Assembly (NCBI GenBank): GCA_965261085.1
Contig: OZ253442.1
Span: 1,056,001 to 1,120,000, forward strand
DNA length: 64,000 nt
Source of the DNA: a bacterium
GTDB taxonomy: Bacteria > UBA8248
Direction: 5' to 3'
Part shown: piece by piece, positions 29,284 to 38,698 of the stretch
Layout of the letters: the number at the start of each line of letters is the position of its first letter
How positions within the stretch are numbered: the stretch's first letter is position 1
Translations under genes and position numbers: made by a program
Notes under the pieces: model-generated
The model's database searches: none
What the model was told of the DNA's origin: nothing
The model's input: the letters and a program-made list of their open reading frames with translations, nothing else

Positions 29284-31011
29284 TCAAGCAAATGAATTTC
29301 CACCTGATTTTCGCACTCGCGTGCGACGAATGTCGACTATCTTCCCGTTGAACAAATCCACGATTTCCTGAATCAAGGCCTGCTCGCTCTCATCCGCCTT
29401 CTGAGCGCGGGCTTCGTCCCTCTCCCCCGCCCCGCTCGCGGCTCGTGAATGAGCGCCGTTCTCCGCGCCCGTTATCTCGACCCTGGCGCTCCAAGGGGAA
29501 TGCGTCCTGAAAAATTCCTCGAGTTCGGGCAGCACCTCTTGCGCCATGTGCAGGCCCTGCGCGTTTCTGTTCTCCCGGGCGAGAACCACGCGGATGATCC
29601 CTTCTGTTTCCATATCCAGCTCGATGCCATGAAAAAGCGGGCGCCTCATCGGGCGTAAGGCCTCCACCGCTCCCGTCCATACGCGCCGCGCCTGGGCGGT
29701 GTCCCACTTTTGCGCTTCTGCCTGAGCGACGGGAGAACCTCCCGAAGCGGTTTTGGGCGCAGGAGAAGCAGGAGCAGGCGCTTCCCGAGGAGCCGGGGGC
29801 GGCGTCGCGTCGCCGGAAGTTTCCGCTCTCTGCGAGGGGGTGCGAGGAGGCATCGGCGGCGCTCCCCCGCCCATGGTTTCGAGCCTTTCCATCAATGCGC
29901 CCAAATCCGCTATCGGCTCGATCTGGCACATTCGCAGAATCGCGACTTCGAGTGTCATGCGGGGATGATCCGAGGTCCTGAGTTCGAATTCCGCCCCCTG
30001 TAGAATGGAATACGCCTGATGCGCCTCGGCGAAAGTCATCTTCGCGGCCACTTCCTTGCGCTCGGCGATCTCCGAGGCAGCCACTTCGAATAGCGCCTCG
30101 TCGTCGCCGGCCGATAAAAGCACCATGCAATCGCGCAAATACTCCAAAAAGTTCGCGGAGAAAAGCTTGAGATCGTGTCCCGCGTCGAATAGGCCTTTGA
30201 GCTCGGTGAGCGCCTTGTTCCCGTCGCGTTCGATCACCGCTTCGACCAGGGTCTTATGAATACTGCCCGACGGCACCCCGAGCACTTTTTCCACTTCTTC
30301 GCTCGATACCGGATCCTCAGTGGCGAAAGCCAGCACCTGATCGAGCAAGGATTGCGCATCGCGGATGCTGCCCTCTCCCATCCGCGCCAATAACTTGACG
30401 GCCGCCTCGTCCATCTTCCTGCCCTGCTCCTCGACTATCCGCGCAAGATGCGCCGCGATGACAGAGGTCGCGATTCTCCGGAACTCGAACACCTGGCAGC
30501 GGCTCAAAATGGTGTCGGGGACGTTTTTGACTTCCGTGGTGGCCAGGATGAAAACGACGTGGGGCGGCGGTTCTTCGAGCGTCTTTAGCAGCGCGTTGAA
30601 GGAGCTTTTGGAGAGCATGTGCACTTCATCGAAAATCACCGTCTTGTAACGCCCGCGCGCGGGATGGTAGCGAAGGCCCTCGCGCAGTTCACGCACGTTG
30701 TCCACCCCGGTATACGTGGCGGCGTCGATTTCCAGGATGTCGGGATGGCTTCCTCTGGTGATCTCCTCGCACGATGAGCATTGGTTGCACGGCTCGGGAA
30801 GAGGCCCCTCCCCCGATTCGCAATTGAGCGCCTTGGCGAGAATACGCGCCGTGGTCGTTTTGCCGACCCCTCGCGTTCCGCTGAACAGATAAGCGGACGC
30901 GACGCGCCCCGAGGCCAAGGCGTTCGAGAGTGTTCGCCGGATATGTTCCTGGCCGATAAGTTCTTCGAAGCGCTGCGGACGCCATTTCCTGGCGCTGCCG
31001 ATGAAGGCCAT
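29284..31011 (-). CDS. dnaX: DNA polymerase III subunit gamma/tau
   Basis: ARKWRPQRF, GTRGVGKTT, DEVHMLS, NALLKTLEEPP, SRC. Confidence 0.96.
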   Translation of the reverse strand: MAFIGSARKWRPQRFEELIGQEHIRRTLSNALASGRVASAYLFSGTRGVGKTTTARILAKALNCESGEGPLPEPCNQCSSCEEITRGSHPDILEIDAATYTGVDNVRELREGLRYHPARGRYKTVIFDEVHMLSKSSFNALLKTLEEPPPHVVFILATTEVKNVPDTILSRCQVFEFRRIATSVIAAHLARIVEEQGRKMDEAAVKLLARMGEGSIRDAQSLLDQVLAFATEDPVSSEEVEKVLGVPSGSIHKTLVEAVIERDGNKALTELKGLFDAGHDLKLFSANFLEYLRDCMVLLSAGDDEALFEVAASEIAERKEVAAKMTFAEAHQAYSILQGAEFELRTSDHPRMTLEVAILRMCQIEPIADLGALMERLETMGGGAPPMPPRTPSQRAETSGDATPPPAPREAPAPASPAPKTASGGSPVAQAEAQKWDTAQARRVWTGAVEALRPMRRPLFHGIELDMETEGIIRVVLARENRNAQGLHMAQEVLPELEEFFRTHSPWSARVEITGAENGAHSRAASGAGERDEARAQKADESEQALIQEIVDLFNGKIVDIRRTRVRKSGGNSFA

Positions 31012-31046
31012 CAAGAATCCATCCTAAGGATTTTCGCCATGAAAGA

Positions 31047-31303
31047 GCCCCATGTTCCATGAGCGACGCGCGGATCCTGCGATGGAGTCGACCGGCCAGG
31101 CGCCCTCGTGGCGCCCAGGAGCATCCACTTACCGCTGCTTCCTTCCGGACCTGACGGGGTTCGCGGGCTCCCGCCGCACGAGACCCAACCGGCCGAATCC
31201 ATCGCAGGTTCCAAAGGAAATCCTAACCCGTCCCCCGGCCTTTGGGAAGCGGGAGCGTCCGCATTTTTTACCGGGGAACCGCATCGCCCGGGGGGAAACA
31301 GGC
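31047..31303 (-). ncRNA. ffs: Signal recognition particle RNA (probably the long type)
   Basis: Minus strand CCGTCAGGTCCGGAAGGAAGCAGCGG helix-8 core, long flanking stems, canonical position upstream of dnaX; ends approximate. Confidence 0.88.
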
Positions 31304-31463
31304 AACCACGCATATAACATGGTGTTAGAGGGAATCGCCTCCGCTGGACCTGCGGCGCGAGCGAATAACCACAAGTCATTCCGCGTGGCCGCATGTATGA
31401 TTTCGACCCGCTTTGAAACCACAACCCCTCGCTCTTTTGCGGGGATTGGTTCTCGCCTTTGCT

Positions 31464-31630
31464 CGTCATTCCGGCGCATACGCCGGAATAACGGTGGCGG
31501 GGCCGCACATGGGGCGGGGATACGAAACCGCGTGGATATACGATAGGGACAGGTCGCGACCTGTCCCTACGAACACCTTTTCATCGGCCGGAGGATTCCC
31601 TCGCTCCTCGGTGGGGATTGCCGGGATGAC
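31464..31630. repeat. REP-like palindromes
   Basis: CGTCATTCCGGCG...CGCCGGAATAACG and TAGGGACAGGTCGCGACCTGTCCCTAC. Confidence 0.6.
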
Positions 31631-31759
31631 GGGCAAGGGGGGAGTGATATGGGCCTCGCCATTTCGCGTGCAATGGGGTTACAATGGGTTTTTCTATCAC
31701 CTCATCGCGCGACCCAAAGCAGTTTATTTCGCGCTGCATCAAGAAAGGCCGCCGGACGC

Positions 31760-32623
31760 ATGTCTTATTCCAAGGTAGTCGAACTCGCGGAGGGAAAGGC
31801 CTACGTCCTCCACAACGCGTTTCCCCTCGATGGCCGGATCAGCGCCTATCCCATCAGTGCGCGCGGGCACAGCGTCTCGAATTGTTATCTCTTGAAAGAA
31901 GACGAGGGCGCGCTCCTGCTCGATACGGGCTATGCGGTTCATGAGGCCGAAATCCTGGCGCAGCTCGCATCCATTCTCGACCCCGAGACGCCGCTGTCGC
32001 TGCTTCCGCTTCGCATCAACGAATTCATGTCGGTGGGCAACGCCATGGCGATCGCCAAGCGCTTCAACGTGGTGGAATGCCTGGCCCCCGTGCCGAAGAT
32101 CAACGAGTGGCTCGAATTCGAAACAATCGACCCGGGTGGTGCGAACAACGGCAATCCCACCCTCCACACCACGCTGTTGAAACCACTCCACCTCCTTGAT
32201 ATCGGGGCGAGACACATCGAGGTCATGAACGCGCCGATTCGCCTCATCAACACCCGCTGGATTTACGATGAGGCCACGCGCACGCTGTTCACCTCGGACA
32301 TGTTCTCTCACATCTGGCAGGAACGCGCCGTCGGCCCCTGGCTGCTGGATGAAGACGATGTGACGACAACCCCCTTTGTGCGCTCGTTCTTGCTCAACAC
32401 GCGCTACTGGTGGCTCGAGGGCGCAAGGACGGATTCCATCCGCAAAGGGATCGCCGAGGTTTTCGAGCGTTACGAGATAGAAACCATCGCTCCGGGCTAC
32501 GGCGCCATCCTTTGCGGGCGTCACCTGGTAGAGCAGCAATTCACCGTGCTCGATGAGGTTTTGGCGGGCCTCGACCGCAAGGTCGTCAAACCTGGATACG
32601 TCGCGCTGGGCCTCGAGAGATAG
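31760..32623 (+). CDS. MBL-fold (FprA/ODP-like) protein with degenerate first metal motif
   Basis: NCYLL...LLDTG, TLFTSDMF, IAPGYG; the HxExxH position reads LRINEFMS. Confidence 0.7.
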   Translation: MSYSKVVELAEGKAYVLHNAFPLDGRISAYPISARGHSVSNCYLLKEDEGALLLDTGYAVHEAEILAQLASILDPETPLSLLPLRINEFMSVGNAMAIAKRFNVVECLAPVPKINEWLEFETIDPGGANNGNPTLHTTLLKPLHLLDIGARHIEVMNAPIRLINTRWIYDEATRTLFTSDMFSHIWQERAVGPWLLDEDDVTTTPFVRSFLLNTRYWWLEGARTDSIRKGIAEVFERYEIETIAPGYGAILCGRHLVEQQFTVLDEVLAGLDRKVVKPGYVALGLER

Positions 32624-32632
32624 GATACATCC

Positions 32633-33394
32633 ATGAGCATTCCGCTGCCCCGAGAGATATCGCCCGGCGTCTTCTGGCTCGGCGACTGCCTGGTCCAGCA
32701 CTCCCAGGGGAAAATCTACCACTCCTACAACGCGGCTTTTCTCGTCATCGGCTCAGAAGCCTCCATACTCGTCGAGACGGGACATCCCAAGGATTTTCCC
32801 ATTATCGAGGGGCAGATGCGAGACATTCTGGCCAGAGGCGGAGGGCCGCTCAAATACCTGTTCCTGACCCACCAGGAAACCCCCCACTCGGGCGGTCTGG
32901 GCCGCGTGCTCGACCAATACCCCGACCTCACCATCCACGGGGACATGTGCGACTACCACCTGGCGTTCCCCCAGCACGCGGATCGCTTCAAGGAAATGCG
33001 GGTGGGAGAGACCATCGACTTGGGGAACACGCAATTCATGGCCGTGGAGCCCGTGATCAGGGACTTGAGGAGTTCTCTGTGGGGGTTCGAGACCGCCGGG
33101 CGCGTGCTCTTTCCCGGAGACGGCTTCGCCTACAGCCACTACCATACGGACGGCCATTGCGGGATGTTCGCGGAGGAGGCCACCTCTCTCGATCTGGTCG
33201 ACGTGCTGGGCGTATTCGCCGAGCGCGCCCTGTTCTGGACCACTTTCACCGACATGAACATCTACACCGATAAACTGGAAGAACTGATAGATGCGTTGAA
33301 CGTCGACGTGGTCGCGCCGACGCACGGCCTCCCGATACGGGACATCGCGCAAACGATGCCCAAGGTGAGGGAAGGCTTAATCAGAGGCGAATAA
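32633..33394 (+). CDS. MBL-fold (FprA/ODP-like di-iron) protein
   Basis: YNAAFL, THQETPH, LFPGDGF, APTHG; no flavodoxin domain. Confidence 0.78.
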   Translation: MSIPLPREISPGVFWLGDCLVQHSQGKIYHSYNAAFLVIGSEASILVETGHPKDFPIIEGQMRDILARGGGPLKYLFLTHQETPHSGGLGRVLDQYPDLTIHGDMCDYHLAFPQHADRFKEMRVGETIDLGNTQFMAVEPVIRDLRSSLWGFETAGRVLFPGDGFAYSHYHTDGHCGMFAEEATSLDLVDVLGVFAERALFWTTFTDMNIYTDKLEELIDALNVDVVAPTHGLPIRDIAQTMPKVREGLIRGE

Positions 33395-33421
33395 GCCTCA
33401 GCGCCGAAACTTCAGAAAATC

Positions 33422-33820
33422 TTAGACGTCCTCCACCAACTCCCACAGCGTGCCCATGGTGCTTTTGGGCTGGATGAAGGCGATGAGGTGTCCGCCGAAG
33501 CCGGGTCTTGATTTCTCATCTATCAACTTGAAGCCCTGCGCCTTCATGTCGGCTATTACGCCCTCGATGTTCTTCACGTCGAAGGCCACGTGGTGGAGGC
33601 CCTCGCCGCGCTCTTCGATGAACTTGGCGAGAGGGGTGCCTTCCTTGATGGGCGAGATGGGCTCGATGAGGTCGCCGCCCAGATCCAGCATGGCCAGATC
33701 GGTCGCGCCGTCGGCCGAAGTCTCTCTCGCGAGCAGTTTCGCGCCCATGCTTTCATACAGAGCAATGGAGGCGTCCATATCCTTCACCGCGACGCCGATG
33801 TGATGAAATTTGTTGAACAT
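33422..33820 (-). CDS. mce: Methylmalonyl-CoA epimerase (VOC family)
   Basis: HHIGVAV, KFIEERGEGLHHVAF, IAFIQPKSTMGTLWELVE. Confidence 0.85.
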   Translation of the reverse strand: MFNKFHHIGVAVKDMDASIALYESMGAKLLARETSADGATDLAMLDLGGDLIEPISPIKEGTPLAKFIEERGEGLHHVAFDVKNIEGVIADMKAQGFKLIDEKSRPGFGGHLIAFIQPKSTMGTLWELVEDV

Positions 33821-34036
33821 ATTCGCGTTTCCTCCCGGTCAGGCGCGGCGGCGGGATTTCCTCCCCCTCGCCGCATCAATGCCTTGAAATTTGATGACCT
33901 GTCTGTTTAGCAGGCTTGCCGGAATTCCACAATCAAACCCGCCGATGCTTGAGAAACTATACTTGGCGAAGCGTTTGTCGTATTCTCGACTTATCAACGG
34001 GAATCATGCGGAGAACATATTCATAAGGAGAAATTC

Positions 34037-34597
34037 ATGGAAGGTCCGATTGATGGACACGGCACCTCCACCGCGCCGGGCGAGCGCGTCATCGACAAGC
34101 CCGAACACCCGGCCGGGGGACTCTCCACCGACAACACCGTCCATACCGAGATGATCGAGGGCGCCTTACAGCTCAAACGCGGCACGGCGGGCGATTTCGA
34201 GATATTCTGCGACGAGGGCGCGGGGATAGGCGGCACGGCCCAATATCCCACGCCGATGGCCTACCTGGCGATGGCGACGGGGTTCTGACTGCTCACCCAG
34301 GTGTCGCGGTACGCGCACATGATGAAAATGGAAATCAAGGGAGCGAGCGTCTCGGTCCGGTTCAAGAAGCTGCTGGGCGGCTCCGTGCTCAAGGGAACCG
34401 TGTTCAACAAGTGGGAGAGCGTGGACACGCACCTGAAAGTCGAATCGGACGAGCCTGCGGACAAGCTCGCGCATCTCATCAAAAACGCCAAGAACGGCTG
34501 TTTCGCCGAGGGCCTCATCACCGAGCCCGTGCCTTTGAACTCCACCGTGGAGGTGAACGGCGAGCCGTTCAGAATCGAAGGGGTCACGGCGGATTAA
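34037..34597 (+). CDS. OsmC-like probable selenoprotein (186 aa, Sec84 at TGA 34286-34288)
   Basis: ORFs 34037-34288 and 34301-34597 are in the same frame; read-through gives PTPMAYLAMATGF-U-LLTQ...NGCFAE, the two OsmC redox positions. Confidence 0.85.
34301..34318 (+). promoter_or_regulatory. Candidate bacterial SECIS hairpin
   Basis: GTG-T-CGCG GTA CGCG-CAC, starts 12 nt after TGA, bulged U, G in the loop. Confidence 0.65.
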
Positions 34598-34622
34598 CCC
34601 TTATATACATGGAGTTTTTTAG

Positions 34623-35075
34623 ATGGAATCCTTCGACGCATCATCCGACATATCCTTCGGCTCACAGCCCGAGCCTGCCGACCTCAAATCCCTCGCCGCG
34701 AGAGGGGTCAAGACCATCATCAACACGCGTTTTCCCGAGGAAGACCAGGGCGCTCTGCCGCCTGCGCGCGCCAAAGCCGAGGCCGAGGCGCTGGGGATGC
34801 GCTACGTGAACATCCCCGTCTCGCCGGTCGAGTTCAGCCCCGATTCGCTGGCCGAGGTGAGCCGCGCGCTCACGGACGCCAAGGCCCACGGGCCCACGTT
34901 CGTCCACTGAAAGGCCACGGGGCGGGCCGGGATTTGCTCGCTGAATCATCTCGCGGATGAGAACGACTGGAGCGCGGGGCAGATGGAGGGGGCCGCCGAC
35001 GCCACCGGCTTCAACTGGCGCGAAGCGCCGCTGGCGCCTAAATACCGTGAGTTCTTCGCGCAGAGGGCCGGGTAG
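34623..35075 (+). CDS. DUF442/Blh-like (PTP-fold sulfurtransferase) probable selenoprotein (150 aa, Sec96 at TGA 34908-34910)
   Basis: SQP..DL..LAARGVKTIINTR..EE, YVNIPV, then PTFVH-U-KATGRAG at the Cx4R catalytic loop; 54 further codons to TAG. Confidence 0.82.
34921..34942 (+). promoter_or_regulatory. Candidate bacterial SECIS hairpin
   Basis: GGCGGGC CGGGATTT GCTCGCT stem-loop starting 10-11 nt after TGA. Confidence 0.55.
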
Positions 35076-35167
35076 TCGCACAGGGGGAGCCGAGCGCCCG
35101 ATACCTTTGCAAGTAATTGATTATACTTACGTTATAACCTTAAGCGCCCACCGGTAATGTATCATTT

Positions 35168-35298
35168 ATTTATCGAAAAACCCCGTGAATTTATCGATAT
35201 TTTCAGAAATTCCTTATTTTCGAACGCGCCGATTCGCTTCGCCATCATACACGCGCACGCCTTGAGTCCAATGACGGCGAATGCGGGGAAATGCGTGT
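35168..35298. repeat. 131-bp dispersed repeat, copy 2
   Basis: Matches 9405-9535. Confidence 0.9.
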
Positions 35299-35516
35299 TT
35301 TTCCATGTGCGAAAAATCCTGAACAAAGGAGAGAAATTGACGCCGGAACGGGTGAGGCGTTTTTGATTTTCGCTTTTGATCGTCATTCGGCAGCGCTTGA
35401 ATGTGGAATCGAGAAGTTCGTTAGAAAGGGGGATCGCGTTTTTCACTGGTCCCCGGATCAAAGCACTCCGTATGACGAGGGAAGGCCACACGCGTCAACA
35501 ATCATTCCCCCCTTGA

Positions 35517-35745
35517 GGGTCAAGCCCGATTGAAGAATGAGGGAAAGCCGGTAGGGGCGGACCCATGTGTCCGCCCGCTCTACCCGAGCGTCCGTCATTC
35601 CGGCGCATGCCGGAATCCAGTGACTTTTTCGCTTTGTCTTTCGTGGCCATTTTGAATCGACGAGGGAGGAAATCCCGCTACTTCGTCCCCTTCGTCGGTT
35701 CTGGTCAACCTTGCGGTTGCCACCAGCATGCGCCGGAATGACGAG
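35517..35745. repeat. REP-like palindrome cluster including an empty IS1182/MITE target motif
   Basis: GGGTCAAGCCCGATTGAAGAATGAG; GTAGGGGCGGACCCATGTGTCCGCCC; CGTCATTCCGGCGCATGC...GCATGCGCCGGAATGACG. Confidence 0.65.
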
Positions 35746-35942
35746 CAAAAACATAAATCAAATAAATCAATCCGACATCGATGCGCCTGAATGCGCTATC
35801 GTATTATAACTATCTGTTTTATTTGTTTATATTTCTTCTTTTCGATTTGAGACCTCTTGCATTTTCGCCACATTCATGCTTGAATGCGCCCCTGTTTGAT
35901 ACCGCTCGTATGCGTTTTGATTACTAATATACAGGAGGGCGC

Positions 35943-37118
35943 ATGCCGAAAAGAAGCGAGTTCAAGCTCCTCAAGCGAGCCGTCGACGCGCTCGAAGTCG
36001 AAGGGAAGGATGCGGTCTTCTGGGACCGGGACCTGGCCGGCTTCGGGGTGCGGGTCCACCCCACGGGCAAGAAGGTCTACGTGGTGCAGTCCCGGGGACC
36101 CGGAGGTCCCAAACGCGTGACGCTCGGCCGGCACGGGGATATCTCGACCGATGAGGCGAGGAAGCAGGCGGCCTCCGTCATCGACCGCATCAAGCGTGGC
36201 GAGGAGCCGAAGCCCGGACCGCCCGAGGCGGAACTCACCGTGGCCGGACTGGCGGAGCGCTTCATGCGCGTCTATGCCGGGGCGCACTGCAAGCCGGGCA
36301 CGGTCGCGACGTATCGCTCCATACTGGAGAACCACGTCCTGCGGGCTCTGGGCTCGATGACGGTAGGCCAGGTCGGAGCAGCCGAGATATCGGCATTGCA
36401 CCACCGGCTTCGCGAAACGCCGAGGATGGCGAACTCCGTGGTCGACGTGCTCTCGCGGATGTTCACGCTGGCGGAGGCGTGGGAGCTGACTCCGCCCGGG
36501 AGCAACCCGTGCCGGGGGTTGCGCCGCTACAGGATGCGCCCTTGTGAGCGGTTCCTCACACCCGAGGAATACCGACGCCTGGGCCGGGTCTTACAGGAGG
36601 CGGAGGGAACGACCTGGCCGCCTGCGGTCGCGGCTATCCGGTTGTTGATGCTGACCGGATGCCGGAGTAGCGAGATACTGAACCTGCGCTGGGACGACGT
36701 GGACCGTACGGCGGGCGAATTGAGGTTGAGGGACACCAAGACGGGCCCGCGCATGGTTCCCATGACGGCGGCCGCCCTGGACGTGCTCGACGCGATCCCC
36801 CGTTCTCCGGGAAACCCCTGGGTGATCCCCGCACAGAAGGGAAGGGGCCGCCTCTCGGACCTCTATCACTACTGGCGGCCCATCCGGGCGCAGGCCGGTC
36901 TCCACGACGTACGCATCCATGACTTGCGGCATTCCTACGCCAGCAGGGCGCTGGCGCTGGGCGAGGGCTTACCCGTGATCGGGAGGTTGCTCGGACACAA
37001 GGAGGTCGCGACGACGGCGCGCTACGCGCACCTGATTCGCGACGCCGAGAAGGCCGCGGCGGTCCGGGTGGGCGAGAGCATCGGGGCCCACATCGTGCGG
37101 AACGAAGATGAGGCATGA
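35943..37118 (+). CDS. Tyrosine integrase with N-terminal arm-binding (DUF4102-like) domain
   Basis: WDRDLAGFGVRV; TGCRSSE, DTKTG, HDLRH, LLGH, TARY. Confidence 0.93.
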   Translation: MPKRSEFKLLKRAVDALEVEGKDAVFWDRDLAGFGVRVHPTGKKVYVVQSRGPGGPKRVTLGRHGDISTDEARKQAASVIDRIKRGEEPKPGPPEAELTVAGLAERFMRVYAGAHCKPGTVATYRSILENHVLRALGSMTVGQVGAAEISALHHRLRETPRMANSVVDVLSRMFTLAEAWELTPPGSNPCRGLRRYRMRPCERFLTPEEYRRLGRVLQEAEGTTWPPAVAAIRLLMLTGCRSSEILNLRWDDVDRTAGELRLRDTKTGPRMVPMTAAALDVLDAIPRSPGNPWVIPAQKGRGRLSDLYHYWRPIRAQAGLHDVRIHDLRHSYASRALALGEGLPVIGRLLGHKEVATTARYAHLIRDAEKAAAVRVGESIGAHIVRNEDEA

Positions 37119-37125
37119 GGGAGGA

Positions 37126-38328
37126 ATGGACATGACGAAGCTCGCATACAGGACGCTCTCGAACCGGATGGTAGGGAAGCTTACGGTCGAAAAAGATACC
37201 GTATTCTGGGACAGGGAGCTCACCGGCTTCGGTGTGAGGGTCTATCCCACGGGGAGTAAGGTGTACATCGCGCAGGCGCGGGGACCGGAGGGTCCCAAAC
37301 GTGTGGCGGTTGGCCGCCAGGGGGTGATCCATGCGGAGGAGGCGCGCAAGCGGGCCGCCCTCATCATCTCCCGGATCAAGGCGGGTGAGGCGCCCGTGCC
37401 CGAACCATTGATACCCGCCGGCGGGCCGAGCGTGGCCGAATTCGCTGCGCGGTATCTCACGGAATACGTCTCGGTGCGGTGTAAACCGCGCACCGTAAAA
37501 CTGGCCCGCTCCGTGGTCCACAGGCACATCGCGCCGGCCCTGGGCAGGATGCCTCTCGCGGCGGTCGAACGCGCGCAGGTGGCGGAGCTCCACCAGAAAC
37601 TGTACGAGACGCCTGCGATTGCGAACGCCGTGGTCGGCGCCCTGTCTGCGATGTACAAACTGGCCGGGGAGTGGGGACTGGTCCCCGAGGGAGTGAACCC
37701 CTGCCGCTCCCTCGTCAAATACCCCGCACGCAGGCGGGAGCGGTTCCTGACGGAGGCGGAGTTTATGCGCTTAGGGAGCGTACTGGACAACGTCGAAGCG
37801 AAGGGCGTCGCGTCGGCTCCCGCGGTGGCGGCGATCAGGCTCTTGATACTGACCGGGTGCCGGAAGTCGGAGATCCTCACCCTTCGCTGGGAAGACGTGG
37901 CGCCGGATGAGAACGAACTGAGACTGCCCGACACGAAGACGGGCGCGCGGGCGGTCTCGCTCTCGCCGGCGGCGGTGAAGCTTCTCGCCGGGTTGCCGCG
38001 CCTGCCCGGCAACCCGTGGGTCATACCCGGCAGGAAGCCGGGCGGGCGCCTGAGCAGCCTCGATTACGTCTGGCGAATCATCCGCGCGCAAGCGGGCCTG
38101 GAAGACGTCCGTATCCACGATTTGAGACACTCCTACGCCAGCCGCGCCCTGGCGCTGGGGGAGTCCCTCCCGATGATCGGGAAGTTGTTGGGCCACAGCC
38201 AGATACAGACCACGGCGCGCTATGCGCATCTGGCGCGCGACTCGGTGAAAGAGGCCGCAGAACGCATCGCCGCGAGCATCGCGGCGGATATCATGGGCGG
38301 AGACCGGGGACCGGCTTCGGTTTCATGA
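37126..38328 (+). CDS. Tyrosine integrase, close paralog of the upstream gene
   Basis: WDRELTGFGVRV; TGCRKSE, DTKTG, HDLRH, LLGH, TARY. Confidence 0.93.
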   Translation: MDMTKLAYRTLSNRMVGKLTVEKDTVFWDRELTGFGVRVYPTGSKVYIAQARGPEGPKRVAVGRQGVIHAEEARKRAALIISRIKAGEAPVPEPLIPAGGPSVAEFAARYLTEYVSVRCKPRTVKLARSVVHRHIAPALGRMPLAAVERAQVAELHQKLYETPAIANAVVGALSAMYKLAGEWGLVPEGVNPCRSLVKYPARRRERFLTEAEFMRLGSVLDNVEAKGVASAPAVAAIRLLILTGCRKSEILTLRWEDVAPDENELRLPDTKTGARAVSLSPAAVKLLAGLPRLPGNPWVIPGRKPGGRLSSLDYVWRIIRAQAGLEDVRIHDLRHSYASRALALGESLPMIGKLLGHSQIQTTARYAHLARDSVKEAAERIAASIAADIMGGDRGPASVS

Positions 38329-38698
38329 CTTCGTCGTCGTAGCGGCCCACGCGCGTCGGCAACGGCTGTTCGGGATCGCATTTGTACGCTCTCTGCGAAT
38401 GCCGAAGGCAACGCCGATATCCCTGGCCGCCGACAAGCATTCCCGACGAACGCCACGACATTCGATCCGAAATAATCGGCGACGGCGGCTATGGTCACCG
38501 ACAGCGCGAGGACCGTCAGCACGGCATTGAAAGCCGATTTCACAGTTCATTCTCTTCTCTGTAAGCGTTTCCTATCACCGGCGTCCTGTCAGGATTTGAG
38601 CGCCGCCGAGAGGCCGAGCCGGGTGGGTCCGGGGCGAACCAGGGAAGGCCCGAGAGGGTTTTCGGGCTTTCCCATCCCATCCACAGGAGGAGATTCAT

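Noticed and set aside
9405-35298. 131-bp repeats as attL/attR of a 26-kb island
   Set aside because: The interval contains core genes (dnaX, recR, ffs, tRNAs), so an excisable island is implausible
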